From: Balanoglossus misakiensis
Lineage: Eukaryota > Animalia > Hemichordata
DNA length: 64,000 nucleotides
Direction: 5' to 3'
Assembly (NCBI GenBank): GCA_040954595.2
Contig: CM082578.2
Coordinates: forward strand, 17,615,912-17,679,911
Part shown: positions 39,301 through 52,400 of the stretch, piece by piece
How the letters are laid out: each line of letters starts with the position of its first letter
Position numbering within the stretch: position 1 is the first letter of the stretch
The notes under the pieces: model-generated
Seen by the model: only the letters and a program-made list of their open reading frames with translations
Told to the model about the DNA's origin: nothing
The model's database searches: none
Made by a program: the position numbers and the translations under genes

Positions 39301-42300
39301 TATAAGAAGATTCATCTAGTTGATCAAATCTTAGTGAGCTCACTATCCGACTATAGTTTCGTCGACGCCACATCCACCCAACTAAACGCTGGCTTTATAA
39401 ACCTACACCATTTATTTCTCGCAGGTCTAACAGAACAACGATTTCGTTGAAACCATTAATTAATTAAGACGGAAGGCAGAAGAAAATAGAGGTGGTTGTG
39501 GAGGAGTAGTAGTAGAAGAATGGGCCAAACAATGTTTTTAGGTCACCCTTTATTCATAGTCAGTGAACCATAAATGCAAACAATTTCTGTCGTGTTCTCT
39601 TAAAATACAGAAACGAAAGAAAGGTGTGTAGAGTACGCCTATGAACACTCATTTAGTAGTCGTATATATAAACATTGCTGTCGCTTATGGGCGCCTTTCT
39701 CTACCTATACCCATTATGTTATATCCAGCCGGTGGTTTGACTCGTGCAAATACTGTCACAACAACCAATTCAAAATTTGCTCCAGGATATTGTGTTTCGT
39801 TTCTTCTAAGGCAATGCCTAAAAGTCGCTTACCTAAAACTTCAAATTCACCGCTAACGGTGGTTCTACACGAAGAGATGACTTTGCTTTGGATGTGACAC
39901 GCAGACGCTGGTACAGGCTCTACCTGGATGCAAGATGTAAAATCAGCCATTTTATTCACAGCATCATTAAATACGTCTTAACCATAAGTTCCTGAGATTA
40001 CATTTCTTACGATTGCCAATACGGAAAATTACGTATTCTGGCCAAACTATTAAGAACTGTATTCCGTGAAATAGTAGTACATGTAATACAATTGGTATTT
40101 GTCCCTCGAATGCCAAAACCACATAACTTCGTCGTTGTGACCACAGAACAGGTGAAGCCAGAATTAATCTTACCTTTACGCAATAATTTCTTGATTCAAA
40201 ATACTTCTTAAAAGTGTATTCAAAGAACGTATATGCATGGCCATCAACTGTTTCATTGTAAATCTTGACATCGCTGTCATTCTGTGTGATAATCAGAAAT
40301 TTATGCATTGGAAATAAGATTAGGACATCGATGCTAATCCATCAAAGCGCACTGAACGGGATCTTTTTGCCAGTTGCCTTTTTGTACATTCTAATACGAT
40401 ACTCTGTGATCCAAATACTTTGCAATTCCAATACGATTCGTATGCAAGAACCAGTAATCACCTTGAACACCGTGCTCTGACGTACAAACGTTGAGCACGG
40501 AAACCCTTCCTTGTCGCTGTCATACTTGTGGACGTTGATGGAGTACGCGTTCAAACCGTAACTATCGGGAGGAAGGTCAAAGGTGACTCTAATCGTGTTG
40601 TAGGTGGGAGACGACGGAGTCAAATACACCGGTTGCCAATAGGATGCCTCTTCTGAAAAATAAGACAATGTTGTTCAATATATATTTTGTTGTAAGAATA
40701 GCTTCTAAGGTTTATTCAATGATGAATGTCGAAAAACTGATTTATTGATAACTTACCTCCTGGTTTGACTAGGCATTCTGCAATCTGGCTAATTCTGGGA
40801 TCACCACAAGCTGCAGATCAATAAATATTATATCGTGATCCATATATGACTAAGGGCCTACCGTTAAACAAGGATTCTGTTGAATAACTGAAAACACACA
40901 ATCTATTCGCACGGGACAACAAAGACAAACTCACATGGTGTTAACAAGCGATGACTGATTTGTGTCGACGTTGGGCCAATCTTTCCGTCCGGGGAGGTCT
41001 CATGCGTGACCGGTAAGATTCGAACCACCAGCTGGTACTCGCTGTACGGAGCCAGCGGTGGAAAGCAGTCGAAGAAAAAAGAGAGGTGTCGACCCTGTGG
41101 GCGAAAAAAATGTACGTGCGTTTGCATCACTGAAAAGATGTTTATGATAACACATACGAGAATGCTACAGAACAAACCGAGTTCATATTTACTGACATTT
41201 ACAGCCAACAGGTAGAAAGTAAAAATCTACGCGTTGACGTAAAAATTACAACGCGGCGCGGAAGACACTGCGGAAAATACTCACGTCAACGTTCCTGTAG
41301 TCATTCCCGGTCAAATTGAAAGTAACACATCTCTGTTGGTTGTAGTAGTTGTATTCGTATTCCGTGTGATGGGTCAGTCCACTCAGTAACAAATGGACAC
41401 CCACGGGATTGTCTGAAACGGGAAGAGAAGTGGGAAATATAATGGGTACTGTCTACACGCTGTTTTGATTAACCATACAGTATGCGTGTCACCGACTTTG
41501 TAAACTGAAAAAAATAAATCGGTAATCGGATTCCTTGAAATCCAAAAGAGGTCATAGAACAGGCACATGTTTCACCTCGCGTTTCATGAAATAATAACGC
41601 AGTCTACCGACATCGAAATGAATGCTATTGTGAAATCGATCGATGTATTTCGGCCATTCATATTCATTAAATAGTCAACACAGATTTAGCAAATCGCAAG
41701 ATTTATTTGACGGAGATTCAGTCACTATCAAATTATAGGCCCAGCCAACGTGATTCCATCAAAGTACATTGATCATGCTCTGATATCACAATTCGACCCA
41801 TAATACATCGTAAAGAGCAATGAATAATGCTGTCACTCTCCTAATGAATGCCGCGAGCTATTCTGTATAGTTGGTATATACTTACTTTGGAATGTATCAA
41901 TGGTCCAAGACATGTTGAGTATGATGTGTGTCTCTGTTACATTATCAGCTGTGACTCCAGTGATTGTGTCCCACATGGCCTCAAAGTTTCTGGGTTTATC
42001 AGGAATGTCTGTCCATGGTACTGGGTCTCCTATATCTACACACTTTGACCCTGTAATATTATTTCAATACATGTAGTCTGCAAAGTTTACTGGCAATTTG
42101 CATTAAGCTCTTCGAAATAAGAAGGTAGAGAACTTGCCGGGAATAATCATTTATGAAAACGAATTAATAACCTTACCACTTTGGATGACGTCACACGTGA
42201 CTTCTCCATGTGTCATCTGAAATGGACACAAAAAAGAAATCAGGGCTAAAACATTTTACATCTTAGCAAAATAGCTGAGATCGCTCCTTGTACGGCAAAA

Positions 42301-43418
42301 ACGGAAAATGTGTATTTTTGCAGTGTAGTTGTGATGATGTACGTTTCGGGGCATGAAGAATTGTCTTTCCATCGATTGAGGACAACGCCATGATGAAAGG
42401 CACATCTTGAACCACATGTCACGATCTAAATAACTTTCGTTTCTGTTCACCGTGTTCCGAAACAGTTCTTAATTCTTATTTTGTATGCGACATTTTATTC
42501 ATTTGTCTCTCTTTATTGCTCGTAGGTTTACGCGACCCCATTTTACTTCTCAGCGAAAGTCCAGGAAAACTCACTGGAAATCGCCTGCTAAAACGCCATG
42601 AGTCTGCCATTTGTGGTTTTCGGTCATGTCAGTCCGACATATGATTAATTTGATTATATTTAGCTACCAATAATACTATCTAATACCAATCAATGATCTG
42701 GGCAAACATGATAAACCAATAATTGGTTTGAAGTATAGCCAACGTGATGACCACACGGCAAACATTCCCTGATAGAGAGCAAGTTCTTGTTGAAGGCCAT
42801 TCGGGGCGATTTGAATTTTAAGGAAATGATGAATAATTTATGAAGTCTAAAAAGCTAGTCACGTTCACAACACCACATATGGATTTCAGGATGCTATTTC
42901 CTGGTTCATTATCTGTGACACCATGTTTCGTGGAGTTAATCGAGAGGTATTACCAAACATTAGCGTGTCGCTCCTTTAAACGTCTTCATGGGGGAACAGT
43001 CTAAATATAACTGGGATGTCGTTTTATACGATTTATGAGTTAAGCGACGTCAACAATGCAAGCCATCTGACCGGTGCATTCATCACCTGCCGTCGAATAG
43101 TCTGTCAATAGTGTTCGCAGCGCAGCAACCAGCGCAGTTAATAAATACACGTGTGATCACCTATGCTGCGCAACCTGTTTTTGTTATTGTCACTTTTGTC
43201 AACAAAAATAACGACGAACGCCAACCGGATTTCTTTCCGTGGCTTCTCTCCGATAACAATGAAAGGGCAGCCGGACGTCTTTTTACCTGCTGTGAACACT
43301 TTCCCAACCGTTGACGAATACAAGGTCGCTCCCAGCTCAATTCTTCTCTACAATGTACGACGCACGCCAATGTCAAGACCAGAAATTCACCAAGACCCAC
43401 ATTATTAAGTCCAGCCAT
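36354..43418 (-). CDS. IL-17 receptor-like gene C: signal peptide, FnIII-like ectodomain, 2 EGF, TM, SEFIR, long tail
   Basis: Phase-consistent exons: 43418-43287 (MAGLNNVGLGEFLVLTLACVVHC), 42216-42177, 42050-41886, 41412-41285, 41094-40935, 40810-40757, 40652-40462, 40281-40174, 39923-39833, 39215-39096 (EGF), 38813-38691 (EGF), 38449-38342 (TM IIAAPTGVFGALCLILVAAVCYW), 37866-37807 and 37576-36354 (SEFIR PSVLLLYTKDSDLHMDLVQSFAVFL, ADKIVVIASRGT, KYINVHF). Confidence 0.88.
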
Positions 43419-43735
43419 GACGAATACATTCACCTGAGTGGCCCTTTCCACTGTCACACCTGTCGGGGTAGGGGTAGGGAGGTAGTCAACACATTGCGAC
43501 TCAGTTAAATTCACAGATTAGCATATTCAAATGATGGCGGTGGTATCCGCGAAGTTTACACATAGTTGTATTGTATTAAAAACGCCACGGGCAGTTGTTG
43601 TCCTGGTTGGCTGCTTTCTGTTCGGCCCTGAAACACTGCTCGATATTGTTGTCTTCATCACATGGAATGCATGGTGCAGTGAAAGTCACGGACTTGTGTT
43701 TAGGAATTTATTCGTGGTGTGGCCTTTGAGACATA

Positions 43736-43964
43736 GAGACTGTTTAGAATTTACTTCCAGGGTGGGCCGGAGGATTTTTTATTTTCCTGGAGAGTTTCTT
43801 CCATGGTCCACCCTAGTAAATTGTGGAGGAAATCTATGGCCCCCCTTAATTTTCCATGCTCCCCCTTAAAGGATTGTGAATTTTATGTCTGGTCCACCCA
43901 CCCCACCCCACCCCACCCCTTGAAAATCCTCCGGTCCCCCTGGAAGTAAATTCTGAACAGTCCC
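43736..43964. mobile_element. MITE-like element with ~45-bp terminal inverted repeats, TA-flanked
   Basis: Left end GAGACTGTTTAGAATTTACTTCCAGGGTGGGCCGGAGGATTTT versus reverse complement of the right end GGGACTGTTCAGAATTTACTTCCAGGGGGACCGGAGGATTTT. TA on both outer sides. No coding capacity. Confidence 0.75.
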
Positions 43965-44064
43965 TAAAATCAAAAGTTTTATTCTCGAGAAATTCGAGCG
44001 AATGAATATGAAAAATCACAAAAACGCGACGTCAAAGGATTTTCAGTTGTATTTCAAGTCACGC

Positions 44065-44758
44065 GTTGCAAAAAAGTCCTCAGTATATCGACTAGGCAAA
44101 CCAGAACGAACAAAAAATCGCCAGAAAATCGAGATTGACTGAAAGGTCCAGAGCAATCAAGATGGCGCCGGTATTTTTGCATCTACAGATAAAAAGTTAA
44201 ATTAAGTTGACATTACTATCCTACATGTATCAAAAAACTTATTTAAGTTAAACCCAAAGATAGTGTAAGATAAAAGCTGGATAATTCGATTCTCAAAACA
44301 ACGAGTACAGATCGTCAATGGAAAATCACACGACTTCTCAATATTAAAAGCTGAAAGGTTTGCGGTAAATTCCAAACCTATAATCGAAAAAGGCGCTCGT
44401 CAACGGGTTTTTTACGTTTTACTATTTACATGAAAATGGCAGCAAGAACGAAAAAATCGTAAGCATTTTGCAGTGGGCGTTGGGGAATATAAAGATTATT
44501 GACCTTTATTGGGGTTTCGTTCACGTCATTCTTTTAACCCTTTTTGTTCTGTTACTTCAATCTACTATCGTTTAATATAATGTGTATAGCAATCGTTGCT
44601 CGTATCGAAAGTTTTAAACATATATATTTAGCGTTGAGAACAATCATTTTTCCCGATCTTTCAAATCTTGTGTTGCAAAAAAGTCCTTAGTAAATGCCAT
44701 CTACTAGGCAAACCAGAACGAACAAAAATCGCCAGAAAATCGAGATTGACTGAAAGGT
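44065..44758 (+). repeat. Direct duplication of ~85 bp (44065-44147 and 44672-44758)
   Basis: GTTGCAAAAAAGTCCT..ACTAGGCAAACCAGAACGAACAAAAA(A)TCGCCAGAAAATCGAGATTGACTGAAAGGT occurs twice. The second copy is followed by a fragment of the MITE TIR (TCAGAATTTACTTCCAGGG, ~44764-44782). Confidence 0.85.
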
Positions 44759-46401
44759 ACTCTTCAGAATTTACTTCCAGGGTTGCATCGAGTTGTTCTG
44801 ACTCCGTAGTCAATGGATCTTCGTCAATGACACAGTGTGATGTGAGAAGAACCCTGGCAGATCACATGATGTGAATGTCTAAGACAGTAAACACTGCCAC
44901 ATTACAACTAAATAAGTCGAAACTTCATGTACATACAGATGGATGGAACCCGATGTGTTTGTCCCCAATGATTTCTAAATCGTAGTACTGTAATACTGAT
45001 AAAGGTATTTGATAAGTAGACAATAACTTCCATAAGTAGACTCCATTAATATAACTTTCATCACCAAAATATAATCAACATCTTGTGAAAAATAACTTTC
45101 CTTATGAAGTTGTACCAATCTAAGAAATAAAATGTTTGTGATATAACTTCTTGTGAAGTAAAATAATCAAAGAAAAAAACATACCATTTTAAAGTACATT
45201 TAACTAGCTATACATAAATCTTTAAGAATTCAATTTGAGTACTGTATAAATCGAAAAACTCTCATTTTTCACTGCAATGTTTGAAAGGCTCGGAATGAGG
45301 ATTGTTGTCACTGAAAGCTGTACCAAATTGCCACTGTTACAAGCCGCTTTGACAAAGAAAAATCCCAGTTTGCAGTTATGAAACTACATTGTATTACGAA
45401 AGGTCACAGCTTCAATCTTTCAAGATGGCCATTTTTATATATAAATATGCATTCAGGCAAAAAAGTACAAAATTCTTATTAATGAAGTTCAAGGAATGTC
45501 ACTCACGGAGGGAAGAAATACAGTGCACACCGCATAAATATATTTGTAAAATCTGTAAATACATTATGAGACTAACATAACACAGTCAAGCAGAAATAAC
45601 AGTTTCTGTCATAAGCTTTTAAGGATGCTAGTACTGTAGCTGATCAATCAATCATCCATCATGCAGCATTTAGAATATATACAGTTTGATTTGACAAATC
45701 AAAATCACAATTTTCTTAACAATTGGGAAAGAATTCATACAAATATATACAAATGCACATCATCAATGTGTTTTGGAGCAATATTGCATAGAGAATGAAG
45801 AAAAAATATGTATTGTACTGTAGAGATTCTGGTATATCCTGAGGTGGATAGGACTGCATAGGTGAGACTGAATTAAACTCAGTGTATATAAACAACATTT
45901 GCTGGTCCATAAATATACCACCAAGGAATGGAGGGAACCTGATTCCACACAAACGTGACTACCAACGGATAATTGTTCTGATGCACATATAAACCTATAA
46001 CTGAATGAATTTTGCATTGAGGTATTCAAAAAGATGTGAACTTGTACGTTTCATGGTCGTGTATAAACTGAGCCCAGTGACCACACTTCAACTAGACTGG
46101 AGGAAGATGTATGAGCGTTGAAGTGATAGCATGGCGTACAAAGCTATGGCCACTATATGATGTCATGGACACTGCTTCAACTGGTTGAAGTATGAACAGA
46201 GACAATGAAGGAATTCCGAACCCTTCCAGGGTTTGGGATGTTCTCTGTATTTCTTGGCCAGTCGTCTGTGGCTTCATGCATCAATTTTGTCAAGGTGCTT
46301 CATTGCTTATCATTCACTGAATGACTATTATACATGTACTCATCCTATCAATATATTGAGCTCTGATATTTTTAGTTTTTTTCCTTGTTTTTTTAAGAAA
46401 A

Positions 46402-49400
46402 TCAAAGCAGCATAACTCCACCTTGCTCTTGCTGCTGAACTATAGGGTCTGTGCTTCCACTGTGAGTGGAATTATAGTCACTGGTAGAGTTGATTGCATT
46501 AGATGTTGAATTTTGCATGTTAAGGCTCAAAATAAAGGACCCATTTGAGTCACTGGAAGCAACACTGGTGGCATCCGCTTCTGGTATTACATCGTGCATT
46601 GTATGATTGTACGGTGCCTGTGTTGGGGGCTGATCCCAGTAATTCGAGCGTTCAGAGGTTGGTGAAAAGTCTTCCGTCGAGTAATATCCTGTGTCAATCT
46701 GGTTTGACTTGGGGGGATCTGTGCTGGATTCTGTCTCCCCATCTAGTCGAGTTTGCTGTTCTGGGATTTTCACCTTCCGGGATGACAGCCGTCGCTTGCT
46801 GCGTGGCTTCGGGACAGGGTCAGCGTCACTCGGGTGGTACTCTGCATTCATGTAACTAACATCACTGCCATTGTGATTGGTATCAGCTGTCATGCTGGGT
46901 TTTTTACCATTGGCTTGGTGATTTTCACCCTTGGATACAGGGAAGCCATTCATGACAACAGTGCTGTTGGGATGGTTGACGTACGTCACATTGGGCGCAT
47001 TATTCAGTGAAACAGCCGGGTGGGCGTCGCCGCTGGTTTGGAGAAGATCGTACCACTGTGGGTTGCTGCTGACGTGGCTTTGGATGTCCGCAATGCTTTT
47101 GTACAAGTTCTTGCCTTCCTTACTGTTTTTCATGTCACTGAATCCCTCCACTTGTCGGTGGCCCACAGGTGATCCCAAGGCCAGACCGCGCAGGTGAATG
47201 TAGAAGTGCTCCATCTTGTCCGGAAGCTTGAAGGTTTTCCCTGCCAGAACTTTGGACACCTCGGGAATGTGCTGCTGTTCTGAATAACCGGGGATGTCAA
47301 AATAAACATTGACATACTTGTTCAGGGGGATCAGACTTTTTTCCCCAGATACTGCGGCAGACTTCATCAAGCCCACCGCATACGAAAACAAACCATTATC
47401 CTCTCCCGTTTGACGAAGAGTTTGGGTTCCTCTCGACCCAATGATGACAATTTTGTTGGCTTGCTTCATCTCCTCGGTGATCCACTCTGTCATATCAGCT
47501 GCTACCGTGTTTGTTTCCCAGTAGTCAAACCTGACTACACACTGCAGCTGGCAATCAAGGAAGGCGGCAAAACTCTGCACCAGATTTTTGTGATTGTCGC
47601 CATCTTCAGAATAGAGAAGCAACACTCTCGGATTTCCAATGCCTGGAAGACATGAGACAAAAATAACTGACATAACGGTGGCAAAGTCGCTTTCTTTTAA
47701 AACCAATTTGGCGATTCATGTTCCTACATGTATGTATGCCCACTCATGGATTGATTCTGCTACAAGCAAACAAACAAACAAACAAGCAAGCAAGCAAGCA
47801 AGCAAGCAAACAAACAAACAGAAAAAAAATGAAGAAAAACCCACCTTCAACACTATCTGAATATCTACCACCTTTATGAGGAACTTTAATCAGAGCTGAG
47901 AATAGAAACAGAAAAAGTTCTAACATCATTATCACTAGCAACAAATTAAAGTAAAATATATATAATATTATATAATTAATGACATCAAAACAGTCCCAAC
48001 AATCATTATCATTCAAGGTTAAAGCAAATGAAATCATCGTTGACGGGAATGAAAGCCCTATTATTGTGTCCTTCATTTTGCACAGTTGAATCCCCACGCC
48101 CTCTAACAAGAAGTAACATGGCTGTGAGCCAAAACAGCATTACATGCATATTTGTACTTACGGTTAGTTACTTTCTTCCAATAACAGAATGCTAAGATGA
48201 CAATTAAAGCTGCAGCTATAAGTGAGCCCAGAACAGCTACTACAATAAGCACTGGATCTGTAACTGTGTGTGAATCAAAAGAAAATATTTCAAATCCTTG
48301 GAGCTGTAATTTTTTTGCATTTTGACCTTGAAACAAAAATCCCTACGATTGTTGAAGATATGTTTTGCATCCCATCATTAATCCACATTACTTTTCAAAA
48401 TGTTCAGTTAATCAAATTCAGGTGCTTATATGGATTTTGTGTACTCACTGATGGAAGAAATTGCTGATATGCTATAAAGTGACAATTCTGGCATGTATCG
48501 TATAGTGACTGAAGTTCTGTGTCCTCTTCTTGGCAGTCATATCAATATTTGACTTGAGGCTAGTGACTTGACTCCACGGAGCAAATAATATGGCCTAGTG
48601 GAAAGAGTTGGTGTGGCTGTGTATAGTCACACTAGCTGTTCTTACCTTGAGTACACTCGTAATCCATGTACGCATAGCCATTAGAACAGTTGCAGAAGTA
48701 ACTATCCTCCAGTCTAATGCACTCACCAAATTCTCCACATGTTACATCAAAGCAAAAGTCCACTGGAAAGCAATGATTTTTACATTTTATTACAGTATAT
48801 TAGTTAGCCTGGAAAATCCGTCAAAATGAGCAGACATGAGAGGGATTTTCCAGCCATTTATTTTAACAGTTGAACAGTCTCTCATTTCTTGGATTCTAGT
48901 CTTTTTCACTGATGACACACACACTGGATGATGACTATTTTGACCAAAAATGACAGGAACTTTCTGGCAAAATACAAATTGGCCGGTTTCGTCCAAGTCT
49001 GAACAAGTGCTGACTTAATTAAAATAATCCCAGTGAACCTGGTATACTAGTACATATCCATTTAAGGCTGTTTTGACAAGTTGTTTTAAAGAAGTTGAAG
49101 AAGATGACGGATTGGCCGGGTAACAAAAGTCAAACTGACAATCAAGATATCTTGCATATATGCTCCACATTGCAGATGGCTGACTTGCCTACCTTTACAG
49201 GTGATTTCAAAATAGTATCCTTCTGTGCAGTTGCACCAATAGTATGTGCTGTTCCATGATGAACAATTACCATGTTTCCCACACGGATCAGATAAGCATG
49301 GGTCCGCTGTGATGGGAAGAGCAGGGGGGGAGTTAGAGACAGTGATGTAGAGCACAGTAATGTGCATAACAAAGAAACAACTACCATATTTAACATTGGT

Positions 49401-52400
49401 CTGACCTTTCAAAATTGAATGTCAGCATTTTCTACCAAAGACATTTCATGTTAGCAAGAATGATCAAGTCAAACCAACTTTTTCATGCAAATCCAAATAT
49501 TTAGCTAAAGTTATCATTTTATAAGTGCCTCGCCAGCCCTCTCAACAACTTCATTTAAATGCAACAGTAATTTTTATTTGTTTGACTTACGTTTGCATGT
49601 GCCATCTTCAGCATAAGCATTCTTAGAACAGTTGCATGTATACTGGGTGGTGTTAAGCACCGGAATACACACACCCATTTCATCTCCACCACAGGGTTCC
49701 CAGTAACAGCTATCAACTGAGTGGAAACAAAAACACATACAAAAGATCTCATACAAGCGAGTAATAAAATGATTAGACACAGTCCCCAGGGGCCACAGCT
49801 ACAGCAAAGAACCCCCCCCCCCCCCCCCCCCCCCAGTGTGTGGTTTGGTGTTTAGGGGGTTCTGACCAAGATAGCGCCCTCTGTAATCATTTTTGTTACG
49901 GCTTTTGTTTACCATGGGAAATAGTGCTCTTGGAGACCACTTTTTTAGTATGCATGAACTTTGAACAAATCCACATAAAATGGTAAAGGACTCCAAAAGT
50001 TTTAATCAACAGCTTGAATGGTGAAACAACAATTCTCAGAAACAGATTTCACAACTACATGAAAGCGCTATAGCACCTCTTATCCCACTCAAGCCCTATT
50101 CGTTCATGCGGCCCCAAAACTACCACTAAATCAAGTTTTCCAAATCTGCTTTTGATATTAAACTACAGATTGCATGGCCACCCAATATATATTTCCCTCT
50201 TTAAGCACATTTTACCCTCAGTTGTGTTTTGGTGATCTAAAATTGGTATCGACAGACATACCAGCTTGGCACCCATTGTTTTTTTTTAAAGTTTATCAAT
50301 ATCATTTTGTTGCTTAGAAACTATCTGTAAACAAATGAATTATCAGCTGGCAAGTTACAATAGTAATAAGGGTTATGGTAAAAAAGACTTCAGCTATAAA
50401 CCAGCCAGAGTTGCAATTTGCATATATTCCTAAATTCAGGTCAAGGGCCCACAAAATATTACCAAAGGGTATCTCCTGTGTCTAGATATTTATACACATG
50501 ACCTGTTTTCTGAGGATATGACTCATCATTTCGTAAGAACTCCATTGTAAATCTGTGACACAACACAGGTCATAAAACTGACCTCTGGATAGTTTATTTG
50601 GCAGGACCGTCAAGTGGTACAAAGTATCATGTGAGAAGAAAAGCAGCCATGCATGTTATAATATGATCAAACAAAAAGCTAACCTCTGGCGCAATTCCTA
50701 ACTGATAATCTGATAAGTTGATGGATTTTTTCAACACCTATGCTTTGACCCATACAGAAGGATCCTATAAATCTAATGCTTCATCCTTTTTATATAGGTC
50801 TTTTACACTATTTATGACAATTTGTTGTAATTAGGTCAACATATCCAAACCTTTTAACAAGTTTACATTATTTTATACATTTTGCCATATTAACCTATAA
50901 ATACAAAGTACCTTGGTGTATTAGAGAGACTATACTTCCACTTCTGCAATACACTGACTATTCAAACACAGACAAAAACAGTCCTCACACGCTCCTTTCA
51001 AGTTGCTATAACAGCAACTTCTTTTTCAGAATATCAGAGTTTCACATCCACTTATGAGACACTCTCCACAGAGACAAGTCATCAGAAAACACCTGCTTGA
51101 GTTTACATGGGGAGGGTTTTAGACTAAAGCTTTAAAAGAACCACATTTTCATTACTTTTCAACATATTTTAGAAAGCAGTTATTTTCTGATAGTTCAATA
51201 AACAATTTCATAAACAAAATATATATGTCAATTTAGAACAAATTGTCCAATTTGGTGTTTGAGTGCGTGAGTTGAGGTAAACACTTCAAATACACTTCCT
51301 TTATTCATTTATGGGAATACCATATGAGAAATATTGACAAGTCTTCCCATTTTCCATTGACATATGATCTCATGTGATCGCTGTGAACAACCTTTCACCC
51401 CTTCTTCTGTATGTGGTTCAACCCATGCCATTGTAAAAAAACAATAGGACTGATCCAAATGGTGGTGGGAAAGGGTTTTAGATCAACTGACTTTGTGCCA
51501 GTTCCGGTAAATAGAGAACTTTACTAAATCACATAATCACCTCTAAATTGATGAGAATAAAATAGAATAAAACAAGCACAAATTCGTTAGACAATTGTAC
51601 TGCTATTAAAAATGGCAGAAACTTCTCGAAGCAACTAATTATCATGCAGTTGCAGTAATTATGTTGTGCCACTTCCCAATTTACAATTTGCATATATTTG
51701 CTTAGTTTAGCAATGGTGCCTTTTGGAGATTTCAAATGGACATGTATGCATGGTGTAAATGTATAGTCTACAACATTCAACAGGTGGTTTATAGACAGCT
51801 TAGAGGCTTGTGCAGACAGCTCTCCTAGTTTTCAGTTATACTCTGATTAGTTTTAAATTAGGAAAAGGCTTTGATACATATATAGCTATAGCCACTGTGA
51901 CTTAAAATGAATGATATGAACATCTGATGGGAAATTAAACAAATCAAAGTCTTGAGTGACATTTAGATTTAGAGAAAGATTATGAGATGGAGAAGTTCCA
52001 GTTGGAAAACATTTTCAATAAACATCTGCTGGCAGTGCAGCTGGCTATCTTGTCAGTTTATTGACACTTCAAAGATCTTCTCAAATCTCAAGGACAGTTG
52101 ATAAAGATGTAAATTACCTAGACAAGTTGGGTATGTTGTGGGATAAGGTATATAGCCAGGTTCGCAGTCACATTCATAGAAATCCTCATCATGAAATCCA
52201 GTACAGTTGCCATGGTACCCACACGGGTCACTTTCACATGGATCATCTGACAAAAGACAAAAATGGAGAGAAGAAAAGAGAGTTAGTCACGATTGGCATG
52301 GAAAAGTTGTTGCTGATGGGAATTTCACGGGTAAATGTAGGGAAATTCCCTTCTTATGAAAATGAGCAGAAGGGTGCGCCTATGGCCAATGACTGGCTTT

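Noticed and set aside
47643-47706. Hydrophobic N-terminal extensions of the raw SEFIR ORFs (also 2651-2702 and 363-399) read as TM or signal peptides
   Set aside because: They are translated polypyrimidine tracts upstream of splice acceptors. The real TM exons of B and D lie further upstream, and that of A would be outside the window.
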